Source of the DNA: Candidatus Competibacteraceae bacterium
Lineage (GTDB): Bacteria > Bacteroidota > Bacteroidia > CAIKAF01
NCBI GenBank assembly: GCA_014879445.1
Contig: JACSSC010000028.1
Coordinates: 5,134-69,133, forward strand
Direction of reading: 5' to 3'
DNA: 64,000 bases
Below, piece after piece: positions 49,260-59,001 of the stretch. The notes under the pieces are model-generated. The model was not told where the DNA came from, made no database searches, and worked only from the letters and a program-made list of their open reading frames with translations. The number at the start of each line of letters is the position of its first letter. Position 1 is the stretch's first letter. The translations under genes were made by a program, and so were the position numbers.

Positions 49260-49828
49260 ACTACAAATGCAAATGCGGCCAATAGTGTGTAAATTGCAAA
49301 AAGAAAAGAAGTAAGATATAATTCCTTGTAATAATAGATAAAGACAGCCACTAAATCAACTGCAATAAATATAATCCAGTTATCTATTATTTTTCGTGCT
49401 TGCAACCAAGTAGCGAGTAAAGCAAAAACTGTAGTAAATGCGTCCAAGAATGGCAGTGAAGCATCTGTAAACTGATAAAAAAAGTATCCGCTTAAAGCTG
49501 TAAATAGAATACCAATCAAGAGCCAAATTAATCTTTTTGAAGTACTAAGTATAGATATGCTGATAGCATTATTATTTCGACTCTTTTTTTTTGCCCAAAT
49601 CCACCAACCATATATTCCCATCACTACATAAAACACATGAATGAAAGCGTCTTGATACAACTTTACATTCATGCAAACAGCCAGATAAATAAAAGAACTA
49701 AAAATGCCGAAAGGCCAGCAAAGAATATTTTCATAGGCAGCCAGGATGGTAAATAACAAAGCAGAAATAACAGCTATGATTTCAATCATTGAAAATTTCT
49801 GTGCAAATATAAAAATGTCGAAATCCAT
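49229..49828 (-). CDS. pnuC: Nicotinamide riboside transporter PnuC
   Basis: WPFGI, YGWW.W, LDAFTT, A.KIIDNWI..I.VD. Confidence 0.92.
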   Translation of the reverse strand: MDFDIFIFAQKFSMIEIIAVISALLFTILAAYENILCWPFGIFSSFIYLAVCMNVKLYQDAFIHVFYVVMGIYGWWIWAKKKSRNNNAISISILSTSKRLIWLLIGILFTALSGYFFYQFTDASLPFLDAFTTVFALLATWLQARKIIDNWIIFIAVDLVAVFIYYYKELYLTSFLFAIYTLLAAFAFVVWNQKRKAFA

Positions 49829-49829
49829 G

Positions 49830-50558
49830 TTAAAACTTCGATGCAGCGATTTGGCGAATCAATTGCAGGTTTTCTTCGATGGCATTACCCACTACAACTA
49901 CATTGGCACCTGCATTCCAAGCCGCATTAGCTTGTTCAGATGTTCGGATACCACCACCCACCCAGAGCGGAATGGAAACGCATTTTCGAACCGACTTAAT
50001 CATGTCGGATGAAATAGGTTGTAATGCACCACTTCCTGCATCCATGTAAATCATTTTTAATCCCAGCATTTCTCCGGCAATAGCAGTGGCAGATGCAATA
50101 TCCGGTTTGTTGTGTGGAATTGGGAGTGTTTGACTTATGTATTGTACAGAAGAAAATTGTTTCCCATCAATCAACATATAACCTGTTGAAATAGCTTCTA
50201 ATTGTATTTGTTTAATATGTGCGGCTGATTCAACATGCCTACCAATCAGTAGGTCTGGATTACGGCCTGAAATCATGCTTAGAAACAAAATGGCATCTGC
50301 CTCGGCACTGATTTGCATTGTACTACCCGGAAAAATCAGAACAGGCAGGCCCGACTCCTTTTTTAGCAAACGAATGGTTTCATCCATTTCCTGATTTAAC
50401 ATCAAGCTTCCGCCTGCAAGCAAAAAATCAACACCTTCTTGTTTGGCCTGAAGTGCCGTTTGGACTAAATGAGTTTGAGATGTTTTGCCGGGATCAATCA
50501 AGACAGCCAACAATTTTTTACCCACCGAAATCTGAGCTTGTATATGTTGAAATATCAT
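49830..50558 (-). CDS. Geranylgeranylglyceryl-phosphate synthase family (group II, PcrB-like)
   Basis: LIDP.K, GGS, IFPG, ADAILFLSMISGRNP..LI, TGYMLIDG, YMDAGSGA, VGGGIR, VVGN; ATG 50558 overlaps the upstream TGA. Confidence 0.92.
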   Translation of the reverse strand: MIFQHIQAQISVGKKLLAVLIDPGKTSQTHLVQTALQAKQEGVDFLLAGGSLMLNQEMDETIRLLKKESGLPVLIFPGSTMQISAEADAILFLSMISGRNPDLLIGRHVESAAHIKQIQLEAISTGYMLIDGKQFSSVQYISQTLPIPHNKPDIASATAIAGEMLGLKMIYMDAGSGALQPISSDMIKSVRKCVSIPLWVGGGIRTSEQANAAWNAGANVVVVGNAIEENLQLIRQIAASKF

Positions 50559-52216
50559 GCCTTTTGTTTTGCTTTCCATTTGTTCAACACCCACTGTGCA
50601 AATTGAAAAATACCCAAACCAATAAGCAAGCTGTATGTAGGGAAAATAGGTGTAAAATAGCGCGCCCAATCAATCCAAATAAATCCGGTATTCCCAGCAA
50701 AAATAAATATGAATGAAAGGAGTAGCATGAGTTGTGCGTCAACTAATTTCTTTTGTTTCCATTTCTGCCAAGCTAAAGAGAATAAAGATAGTAATCCTAA
50801 AGCAGCAAAGAATCCATCAAGCAGGTTAAAGTGGAAAGGAATTAAAGAGCCAAAGGTCCCATAATAAAATTTATCTGTATCTTTTACATATGCTACACGT
50901 TCAAGCATAAGTTCATATTTCATTGAGGATGTTTTCTTGAGCTTCGACCAGTTGGTATATTTTTTAGGATTATCACGTTTTTCGTTTTGAGTGAGTATTG
51001 CAGCTCTTTTTGTAAAGTAATCATCAATGCTCTCACGAGTCGCTTTAATTTTTTTGGCCGTATGTCCTTGCCATTGAGGATTAAGACCAACAAACAGCAT
51101 AATACTAACAATTGCTGTAATCACTCCGCTGGCTATATATTTGGGCAGCCATTGCTTTAATGATGGAAGTGTGGATGCCGTATGTTTTGAAGTTTTTTTC
51201 TTCATGAATCCCAATAATAACATGATGGCTATTAAGGCATAACAAACGGCTGTAATAAATGCTAGCATACCGGCATTCAGCTTGCTGGAAACAGCTAAGC
51301 CGATAATAATGGCTGTGATAAGAGATAAAGAAGCGATTTGCCACCATGCTTTATTTTTTCGAATGGCATTAAGATTTGCAAAAAGTGTAATAATGGCTGC
51401 TGTAGTAAAAAATGTTGCGAATGAATCTAATCCAACAGCGGTATTGACATCAAAAAAAGATTTGTTTAGCAAAAGCCAAATAGAGGCCAGCAATCCAACA
51501 TAATAGTTAATATACATCCATCCCAAAGCAAACACAAGTGAAACAATTAGAATTGTAAAAATAGCATTCGGAATTCGAGCTATACGGACATATTCGTCAG
51601 GTGCAAAACTAAATGGCGATGAGCTATACAACGAGCTGGGAGCATATGTGTCTTCTTTGTATTCATCCGGTAATTTGGCTTTGATATTAGGGTGATTGAC
51701 GGGATGAGCAAAAACAAAATACCCGTTGGGGTCGGGCTTTTGCTTACTTAAAACATGCACAAACCAGCCCATGATATATTTCCCTGCATTGGGCGCCTTC
51801 CACCCAAATGTCCACATAGCGCGATCATACCACTGAAATGTTTCACGAGGGAAAAGCAAAGTGTCGTATTTTACTACTTCAGTAACATCACCTGATTTTG
51901 ATTTTACTGTAATAAAATCGTAAGGGAAACGAATGGTGTCAGGACTGAAATTTTTCCATGATTCATCTGTAAAAATTGGGATGCTATGAATCCATGCATA
52001 AGTAGGGAACCAATTATCCAATTCTTTGGTTGGGCGCACATGCTTGTTTACAAACATCTGATAAGAAGCAATGGAGGAGCTTGTCCACATTTGTTCATCA
52101 TAGCCGTGAGCTTTGCGGTGATGCAAGCTTATTAAACTGAAAGCTCTTACTGTAGCAATGATAATAACCAGTGCAAAAAGACCCTTTTTGAAATAAGGAC
52201 TATTGATGAGTTTCAT
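50555..52216 (-). CDS. PMT-like (GT-C) membrane glycosyltransferase
   Basis: YDE in the first loop, PNAGKYIMG, RIARIPN, SKLNA, WARYFTP; many TM segments; ATG 52216 with a TATCTTCG box upstream. Confidence 0.62.
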   Translation of the reverse strand: MKLINSPYFKKGLFALVIIIATVRAFSLISLHHRKAHGYDEQMWTSSSIASYQMFVNKHVRPTKELDNWFPTYAWIHSIPIFTDESWKNFSPDTIRFPYDFITVKSKSGDVTEVVKYDTLLFPRETFQWYDRAMWTFGWKAPNAGKYIMGWFVHVLSKQKPDPNGYFVFAHPVNHPNIKAKLPDEYKEDTYAPSSLYSSSPFSFAPDEYVRIARIPNAIFTILIVSLVFALGWMYINYYVGLLASIWLLLNKSFFDVNTAVGLDSFATFFTTAAIITLFANLNAIRKNKAWWQIASLSLITAIIIGLAVSSKLNAGMLAFITAVCYALIAIMLLLGFMKKKTSKHTASTLPSLKQWLPKYIASGVITAIVSIMLFVGLNPQWQGHTAKKIKATRESIDDYFTKRAAILTQNEKRDNPKKYTNWSKLKKTSSMKYELMLERVAYVKDTDKFYYGTFGSLIPFHFNLLDGFFAALGLLSLFSLAWQKWKQKKLVDAQLMLLLSFIFIFAGNTGFIWIDWARYFTPIFPTYSLLIGLGIFQFAQWVLNKWKAKQKA

Positions 52217-52336
52217 AAAGCAGATTTCCAACGAAGATAAAAAAAACAATATAAACAATTCATTGGAGACCAATGAGTATGTTAAATTATCTAAGTCCAA
52301 GATTTTACATACATTAGTACTCAGAAGCTTTAGATT

Positions 52337-52801
52337 ATGGAACATCAGGTTACACTGCGTTTTTTAGCCGAACCCTCGGATGTGAATTTTGGCGGTAAGG
52401 TTCATGGTGGGGCTGTCATGAAATGGATAGATCAGGCGGGATATGCCTGTGCAGTAAATTGGTGCAAACAGTATGCTGTAACAGTTTATGTAGGAGGCAT
52501 ACGTTTTTTTAAACCTTTATACATAGGCCATCTAGTAGAAATTAGAGCCCGATTGATACACACGGGTCATTCATCAATGCATATTATCGTTGATGTGTAT
52601 AGCAGACATCCACAGCAAAACGAGTACATAAAAAATACCCACTGCATGATAATATTTGTGGCTGTAAACGAATCCGGAGAATCAGTTGGCGTTCCAACAT
52701 TTATACCTCATTCAGAAGATGAAAAACATATGCAGCAATATGCACTACGTTTGGTATCTTTAAGAAAAGAAATTGAGGATGAAATGAAACTGTTTTTCTA
52801 A
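52337..52801 (+). CDS. Hotdog-fold acyl-CoA thioesterase
   Basis: P.DVNFGGKVHGG.VMKWID, F.KP..IG..VE, FVAV. Confidence 0.92.
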   Translation: MEHQVTLRFLAEPSDVNFGGKVHGGAVMKWIDQAGYACAVNWCKQYAVTVYVGGIRFFKPLYIGHLVEIRARLIHTGHSSMHIIVDVYSRHPQQNEYIKNTHCMIIFVAVNESGESVGVPTFIPHSEDEKHMQQYALRLVSLRKEIEDEMKLFF

Positions 52802-52805
52802 GCTA

Positions 52806-53573
52806 TTAGATGATATCTATGCATAGTTCCGGCTGAAACCCTGCATGCTCATGATAGCGCACATAGCCCAATTGATTTGTCAGCATTTGTGTTTGTGCCA
52901 ATTGAAAAGATTTAACATTACAATGATGATGGCCATAAATCCAAAAATGAGGCGAAGTGGTTTGTATCATTTCAGATAATTCAACTGCAAATGCAGGATT
53001 TAACGCACTGCCAGCGTATTTGGGAGGATATTGCAATAAAGTAGGTACATGATGGGTAACTACAACTGTTTTGTGCGCCTGAGAAAAGGCATCGGTTAGT
53101 TCGTTTGTGACATATTGCACCGATTGTTTGTGTAGTGAATTGTATAATGAAGCATCAAATGGCTTGTTTTGGTATTGAATCAAATAGAAGTCAGATAAAT
53201 GCTTTTCGATAATTGGAGCATCAGATTCAGGAATATGAGTCCAGAGTGTTGAGAATACAAACCTAATGTCGCCCATCATCAATGTTTTGTTGTTAATCAA
53301 GCATACATTATTTCGCAAACGCCACTCACAAGCATGCGAATATTCGGATAGATCGTAGTAATAGTATTCATGATTTCCTGGTACCCAAAACACTTGTTTA
53401 AAATGATCGGATAAGAAATTGAGAAAATCAGAATGATGCGACAATTGATGTAAAGGCATAATGTCTCCTGCAAGAATTAAGGTCTCGGCTATTGCAGGTA
53501 AAGGATGCTTGTTGAGCCAATTCTTGTTCTCAGGAAACTCGAGATGCAAATCAGAAACAAACTGAATTTTCAT
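52806..53573 (-). CDS. Calcineurin-like metallophosphoesterase
   Basis: SDLHLE, AGDI, GNHEYY, THH.P, WIYGHHH. Confidence 0.9.
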   Translation of the reverse strand: MKIQFVSDLHLEFPENKNWLNKHPLPAIAETLILAGDIMPLHQLSHHSDFLNFLSDHFKQVFWVPGNHEYYYYDLSEYSHACEWRLRNNVCLINNKTLMMGDIRFVFSTLWTHIPESDAPIIEKHLSDFYLIQYQNKPFDASLYNSLHKQSVQYVTNELTDAFSQAHKTVVVTHHVPTLLQYPPKYAGSALNPAFAVELSEMIQTTSPHFWIYGHHHCNVKSFQLAQTQMLTNQLGYVRYHEHAGFQPELCIDII

Positions 53574-53622
53574 GCAATAAAGTTAATATAAAACTCATGA
53601 ATCTATTGAGAAAAAAGAAAAT

Positions 53623-53630
53623 TACCTTTG
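53623..53630 (+). promoter_or_regulatory. -7 box (TACCTTTG) at ribD
   Basis: Consensus match just before ATG 53635/53638, implying a very short leader. Confidence 0.55.
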
Positions 53631-53634
53631 CATC

Positions 53635-54627
53635 ATGATGAATGATGCAGCATATATGCTTCGATGCTTGGAATTGGCAAAAAAAGGTAGATATAACACA
53701 TCACCTAACCCGCGTGTTGGTTGTGTTATTGTTTCTTCAGACCAGCAAATTTTAGGAGAAGGTTATCATGAAGTATTCGGAGGCCCACATGCTGAAGTTA
53801 ATGCCATTAGGTCGGTTTCAAGTAATCAGAACATGTCAAACAGTACGCTCTATGTCAACCTCGAACCATGTTCACATTTTGGGAAAACGCCGCCATGTGC
53901 CAATTTAATCATAGAAATGAAAATAGGTCGAGTGGTTATTGGTATGCAAGATCCAAATCCAAAAGTAATGGGAAATGGAATTCGGCTATTAAGAGATGCA
54001 GGTGTCGAAGTGATAACAGGTGTTGAAGAAAATGCTTGCAGGGATTTAAATAAAAGGTTTGTTTGGTTTCATGAAAAAGGATCTCCATACATTGTATTGA
54101 AATGGGCACAATCGTTAGACGGATTTATAGGTATAGAAGGCCAAAGACTTCCCATTTCGGGCAGCTTGTCAAATCAGATTGTGCATGAGTGGAGAGCAGA
54201 GGAGCAAGCTATACTGATTGGAAAGAACACTGCATTACATGACAATCCATCATTAACTGTGAGGCATGTAAAAGGACGCAATCCGATAAGAATTGTCCTT
54301 TGTCGCGAAAATTCCCTGCCATCCAATCTCGAAATTTTTACTGATGGAAATCCTACCTATATCCTTCATTTGCATGACGAAAATATGTTTGAAGAACTTT
54401 CCTCATTTTGCAGAGAAAAGCAAATCTTATCAATTTTAGTGGAGGGCGGTAGATATACTTTGCAAAAAATGATAGATGCAGGATGGTGGAATGAAGCAAG
54501 AATAATTACCAACCAACAAATGAAGTTGAATAAAGGCATTCATGCGCCAAAGTTGTCGAATGCAAATCATATAAGCAGAACGATTCAAGGCAACGACTTA
54601 ATTGACATCTATCAGCACTATGCATAA
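53635..54627 (+). CDS. ribD: Bifunctional riboflavin deaminase/reductase
   Basis: PNPRVGCV, HAEVNA, LEPCSHFGKTPPC, LKWAQSLDG, DNPSLTVR, LVEGG. Confidence 0.96.
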   Translation: MMNDAAYMLRCLELAKKGRYNTSPNPRVGCVIVSSDQQILGEGYHEVFGGPHAEVNAIRSVSSNQNMSNSTLYVNLEPCSHFGKTPPCANLIIEMKIGRVVIGMQDPNPKVMGNGIRLLRDAGVEVITGVEENACRDLNKRFVWFHEKGSPYIVLKWAQSLDGFIGIEGQRLPISGSLSNQIVHEWRAEEQAILIGKNTALHDNPSLTVRHVKGRNPIRIVLCRENSLPSNLEIFTDGNPTYILHLHDENMFEELSSFCREKQILSILVEGGRYTLQKMIDAGWWNEARIITNQQMKLNKGIHAPKLSNANHISRTIQGNDLIDIYQHYA

Positions 54628-55459
54628 TATCCTGCTCAGTATTTTGTTTTCAACCTTGCTGATTATTATTTTTAAACTTTTTAGAAAATATGAAATCAAC
54701 ATACTACAAGCCATTCTAATCAATTATATCACGGCAGCTATTACAGGATTTTTAATTCACCCTTTTTATCTGTCTGCAGAAGCGTGGATTCCTGTAGCCG
54801 GAGGCCTTGGTGTTTTGTTTGTTATTATTTTTTTGATTATGGCTATCACTACGCAGCAGGCCGGAATTGCAGTAGCTTCGGTTGCTGCAAAAATGAGTAT
54901 GGTGATACCAATTACCGTTAGTATTTTCTATCTGCACGAAAAAATCAATTATTGGCAATGGGCAGGTATTACAACAGCCATACTCTCTGTTTTTTTTATT
55001 TCGTATCATAAAGAAAAGATGAAAAAAAACATCTGGGCATTCATCTTGCCTGTATTATTATTCTTAGGTAGTGGTCTTATTGATACTTCACTTAATTTGA
55101 TTCAAAAAAAATGGATAGACTCTACAGATTTCATTCCATTTATATCAGTAGTTTTTTTCTTTGCCTTTGCATCCGGAATCATATATTTAATGATAAAACG
55201 AAAGCAAGCATTTACCTGGAAAAGTATAATGGCAGGTGTTGTGTTAGGACTGTGTAACTGGGGGTCTTTGTATTTTTTATTACATGCATTATCAGGTAGC
55301 GGGTGGCAAACAGCAGTAGTTTTTGCCATTAACAATTTGGGAATTGTATTGTGTGCGGCAATTGCGGGTATAGGGTTATTTAAAGAGAGATACAGTACTC
55401 TAAATTATATTGGATTGGCGCTTTCTATTATTACGATTGCTTTGCTCAGCTTTCAATAA
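54620..55459 (+). CDS. EamA/DMT family transporter
   Basis: About ten TM segments, NY..A, KMS.VIP, NNLGIV; overlaps the ribD stop. Confidence 0.82.
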   Translation: MHNILLSILFSTLLIIIFKLFRKYEINILQAILINYITAAITGFLIHPFYLSAEAWIPVAGGLGVLFVIIFLIMAITTQQAGIAVASVAAKMSMVIPITVSIFYLHEKINYWQWAGITTAILSVFFISYHKEKMKKNIWAFILPVLLFLGSGLIDTSLNLIQKKWIDSTDFIPFISVVFFFAFASGIIYLMIKRKQAFTWKSIMAGVVLGLCNWGSLYFLLHALSGSGWQTAVVFAINNLGIVLCAAIAGIGLFKERYSTLNYIGLALSIITIALLSFQ

Positions 55460-56039
55460 CTGAAGAAATAAAGCTTAACAATTCCGGTTTTCCTTTTTTT
55501 GTTTTACAGGAAGTGATATAAAACGCAGGTAGAGTTTCCCATTCTTGCTGTAATATTTCTTTAATCAGTTCGACGTTTTTCTTTATCAAACGTTGATTGG
55601 CTTTGTCAAATTTTGTAATAACAATAACAAAAGGAATCCCTTTTTCTCCCATCCAAGAAATCATTTGGTGGTCTGAATTCTGGAATGCAATACTTCCATC
55701 AATCAGCATAAATACACATGAAAGATTAACTCTTTTTATCAGATATTCCCTCATTCTACTTGTCCACTGTTCACGTGTGCGTTTACTTACACGGGCATAA
55801 CCATATCCAGGCAAATCAGCCAAAAACCATTTCTCATTGATCAGAAAGTGATTGATAAGTTGTGTTTTCCCGGGAGTAGAAGATGTTTTGGCAATACCAC
55901 TTTTTCCAACCAGCATGTTGATTAATGATGACTTCCCAACGTTAGATCGGCCAATAAAAGCGAACTCGGGTAATGAGGAATTCGGACAGTCGGAAACCCG
56001 CGGGCTGCTAACCACAAACGAAACAGAAGTAATCAGCAT
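55446..56039 (-). CDS. engB: Ribosome biogenesis GTPase YihA/YsxC
   Basis: GRSNVGKSSLIN, PGKTQLIN, DLPGYGYA, TKFDK. Confidence 0.96.
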   Translation of the reverse strand: MLITSVSFVVSSPRVSDCPNSSLPEFAFIGRSNVGKSSLINMLVGKSGIAKTSSTPGKTQLINHFLINEKWFLADLPGYGYARVSKRTREQWTSRMREYLIKRVNLSCVFMLIDGSIAFQNSDHQMISWMGEKGIPFVIVITKFDKANQRLIKKNVELIKEILQQEWETLPAFYITSCKTKKGKPELLSFISSVIES

Positions 56040-56045
56040 GACAAA

Positions 56046-56810
56046 TCAAATAAAGTTACGAGAACTGAGCCATCGGCTTAGCAAGCGATTAAATTCTTCA
56101 GGTCTTTCCATCATGGGGGCATGGCCGCATTCATCAATCCAAAATAAATCAGAATCAGGTAAATTCTTATGAAACTCTTCAGCTACTTCGGGAGGCGTGA
56201 TATTATCGTTTCGCCCCCAAATCAAACATACTGGTACGTGCATATTGGGCAACTCATGGGCCATATTATGACGAATAGCTGACTTGGCTAAAGAAATACT
56301 TCGGATTGCTTTTGATTTATCGCTTAGCAATCCAAAAACTTCATCAACCAATTCTTTGCTGGCCGTTTGGGGGTCGTAAAATGTATATTCAACTCGGTTG
56401 CGGATATATTCATAATCATTTTTGCGGGGATACGAACTTCCAAAAGCATTCTCGTACAAACCCGAACTACCTGTTAAAACGAGTGCCCGAAGTTTATCTG
56501 GACACATTGTAGCATATATCAATCCCACATGACCACCCAGCGAGTTTCCTAACATGATGACATCTTCAAAACCCATGTGGTCAATAAATGCCTCAATATG
56601 TCGGGCTAGATTTTTAATATTTGTATTGATGATGGGCATCGTATATATTGGCATGATAGGAATAACAACCCTGTAAGAGCTGCTGAAATGATCCACAACA
56701 TCTCTAAAATTACTAAGCGCTCCAAACAGCCCATGAAGAACAATCATTACCGGCCCTTGTCCTGCATCTAAGTATTCAAATTCGCCATCCTTCTTAATCT
56801 CCTTATTCAT
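56046..56810 (-). CDS. Alpha/beta hydrolase
   Basis: LHGLFG, GNSLGG nucleophile elbow, WG.ND, CGHAPM; TACTTTTG -7 box at 56831-56838 (minus). Confidence 0.92.
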   Translation of the reverse strand: MNKEIKKDGEFEYLDAGQGPVMIVLHGLFGALSNFRDVVDHFSSSYRVVIPIMPIYTMPIINTNIKNLARHIEAFIDHMGFEDVIMLGNSLGGHVGLIYATMCPDKLRALVLTGSSGLYENAFGSSYPRKNDYEYIRNRVEYTFYDPQTASKELVDEVFGLLSDKSKAIRSISLAKSAIRHNMAHELPNMHVPVCLIWGRNDNITPPEVAEEFHKNLPDSDLFWIDECGHAPMMERPEEFNRLLSRWLSSRNFI

Positions 56811-57110
56811 CTATTGACATTCAATTTTTTCAAAAGTAAATAAAAATTCATTCAACCCTAATATGAATGCTGAATTGTAAAATCAAAAATGTTTGACATT
56901 CTACATATTCTGCTATAATATTTTACCCAAACATACATGATTTGTTTAAGCAACTATTTTTAACTTATTGAAATTCACCTGATTAAAGATTTGTTAATAT
57001 TAATAAAGCGAATTATTGCCTTGTATTACTGATAGTTAGACGCTAATTGCCTTGCTTATATAATGATATTTAGGTGCAATATCCGTTGTTAATCCTCGTT
57101 TTTTATCAAC

Positions 57111-57150
57111 AAAGTGGTAGAAAGTGGTAAAATGTGTGGTTTTGTGGTAA
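57111..57150 (+). promoter_or_regulatory. MraZ-binding direct repeats
   Basis: aaaGTGgtag aaaGTGgtaa aatGTGtggt tttGTGgtaa: GTG at an exact 10-nt period (57114, 57124, 57134, 57144) just upstream of mraZ. Confidence 0.75.
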
Positions 57151-57181
57151 ATAAATGATATTTTTACGTTGATTTTATGCA

Positions 57182-57655
57182 ATGGCAGTATTTATAGGAG
57201 AATATCAGGCAAAAGCAGACGCAAAAGGACGGATTATGTTTCCGGCTCCTTTTCGCAAGCAGCTAGCCGGCGAAGGCCAGGAAGAATTTGTGATTAATCG
57301 CGGATTTGAAACTTGTCTTGTGCTTTATCCCAAAAAGGAATGGGATGTTATTAGCAAAAAAATCAATTCATTAAATCCCTTCAAAGCTGAAAATCGGAAT
57401 TTCATTCGCCTTTTCAACAACGGGGCTACTTTGGTTTCGCTAGATGCTGCTGGCCGAATTTTGTTGCCTAAAGAGCTGATGAAATATGCCGGAATTGAGA
57501 GTGATGTTTTTTTTGCCGCTAATGGAAGAAAAATTGAGATATGGTCGAAAGAGGGATACGAACGTATTATGGCTGTTGATTCCGATTCCTTTGCAGCATT
57601 GGCTGAAAAAGTATTAGGTGAATCTGATTTGAATTTTGACTCAACAGATGAGTAA
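57182..57655 (+). CDS. mraZ: Transcriptional regulator MraZ
   Basis: DAKGRI..P..FRK, LDAAGRILLP, IEIW. Confidence 0.96.
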   Translation: MAVFIGEYQAKADAKGRIMFPAPFRKQLAGEGQEEFVINRGFETCLVLYPKKEWDVISKKINSLNPFKAENRNFIRLFNNGATLVSLDAAGRILLPKELMKYAGIESDVFFAANGRKIEIWSKEGYERIMAVDSDSFAALAEKVLGESDLNFDSTDE

Positions 57656-58607
57656 GCAATTGCATCAATCGCCATATCACATTCCAGTTCTTTTACAACC
57701 TGCTGTCAATATGCTAATCACCAACCCTGACGGAATTTATGTGGATTTGACATTTGGAGGAGGCGGGCATTCACGTGAAATTCTCAATAGATTATCAGAG
57801 AATGGGAAACTATATGCTTTCGATCAAGACGATGATGCTCATTCGAATGCGCCCGATGATTGCAGATTTACATTGATAAAAGGAAATTTCAGGTTCTTTG
57901 AAAATTATTTAAGATTTCATCAGACACATCAGGTTTCAGGGGTATTGGCCGATTTAGGTGTTTCTTCTCATCAGTTTGACGAGGCAAGTAGAGGTTTTTC
58001 ATTTCGTTTTGATGCACCTCTTGATATGAGAATGGATAAAACACAAACTCTTATGGCGCAGCATGTCATCAACGACTACAAAGAAGAGCAGTTAGCAGAT
58101 GTTCTTTATCTGTATGGAGAGTTGAAGCAATCTCGGCAAATGGCTAAAGAGATTGTAGGCAATAGAAAGGAACGAAAAATTATTACTACAAACGATTTGC
58201 AGAATGTGCTAAAAAAGTGGACAAATACACATGGTAAGAATCTGATGGCTCAGGTATTTCAGGCATTACGAATTGAGGTTAATCAGGAACTTGACGCATT
58301 AAAAGAAATGCTATACCAAACGCCTTCTGTCATACAACCAAGCGGCAGATTGGTTATTATTTCATATCATTCGCTTGAAGACAGATTAGTGAAAAATTTC
58401 ATTCGTTCCGGAAATATGGAAGGACATATAAAGAAGGATTTGTTTGGAAATATCATAGCGCCATTCAAACCCTTGCATCTCAAAGCTGTTATGCCTGATG
58501 ATGATGAAATTTGTAATAATCCAAGAGCACGAAGTGCACGACTGAGAACAGGAGAAAGGAATAATCAACCTATTGAAGATAGCAGTAAAAAACAACCAAT
58601 CAGATGA
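57648..58607 (+). CDS. rsmH: 16S rRNA m4C1402 methyltransferase
   Basis: HIPVLL, VD.TFGGGGHS, DLGVSSHQFD..RGFSF, LDMRMD, FQALRIEVN, SYHSLEDR, NPRARSA.LR. Confidence 0.97.
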   Translation: MSKQLHQSPYHIPVLLQPAVNMLITNPDGIYVDLTFGGGGHSREILNRLSENGKLYAFDQDDDAHSNAPDDCRFTLIKGNFRFFENYLRFHQTHQVSGVLADLGVSSHQFDEASRGFSFRFDAPLDMRMDKTQTLMAQHVINDYKEEQLADVLYLYGELKQSRQMAKEIVGNRKERKIITTNDLQNVLKKWTNTHGKNLMAQVFQALRIEVNQELDALKEMLYQTPSVIQPSGRLVIISYHSLEDRLVKNFIRSGNMEGHIKKDLFGNIIAPFKPLHLKAVMPDDDEICNNPRARSARLRTGERNNQPIEDSSKKQPIR

Positions 58608-58996
58608 ACAAAGAAAAAGATCATAACCCAAACAATACGGAAAGCAAATTTCGCAAGCGTAAATTTCGTTTGCCGATTATGCAAGTAATCAATGGAGAAA
58701 TTCTGCAGAAAGAATATTTCCTTAAAAATCTACCTTTTTTCTTCTATATAGCATTTCTACTTGCCGTATATATTGCCAATGTGTATTACGCAGAAAATAA
58801 AATTCGAGAAATATCAATTGTAGAAGAGCGAATCAAAGAATTGCATACTGAATATATTTCTATTAAAGCTGATTGGACAGAACATTCAAAGGAGCACTTG
58901 CTCGACACATTGCTTCGCCCTAGTGGTATTAGGATTTCTACTATGCCTCCCAAAGTTATTGTTGTGTCAAAAGATGAAAAAGCAAAAATCTATTAA
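58604..58996 (+). CDS. ftsL: FtsL-like cell division protein
   Basis: Single TM plus coiled coil; lies between rsmH and ftsI. Confidence 0.8.
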   Translation: MNKEKDHNPNNTESKFRKRKFRLPIMQVINGEILQKEYFLKNLPFFFYIAFLLAVYIANVYYAENKIREISIVEERIKELHTEYISIKADWTEHSKEHLLDTLLRPSGIRISTMPPKVIVVSKDEKAKIY

Positions 58997-59001
58997 CCCC
59001 T

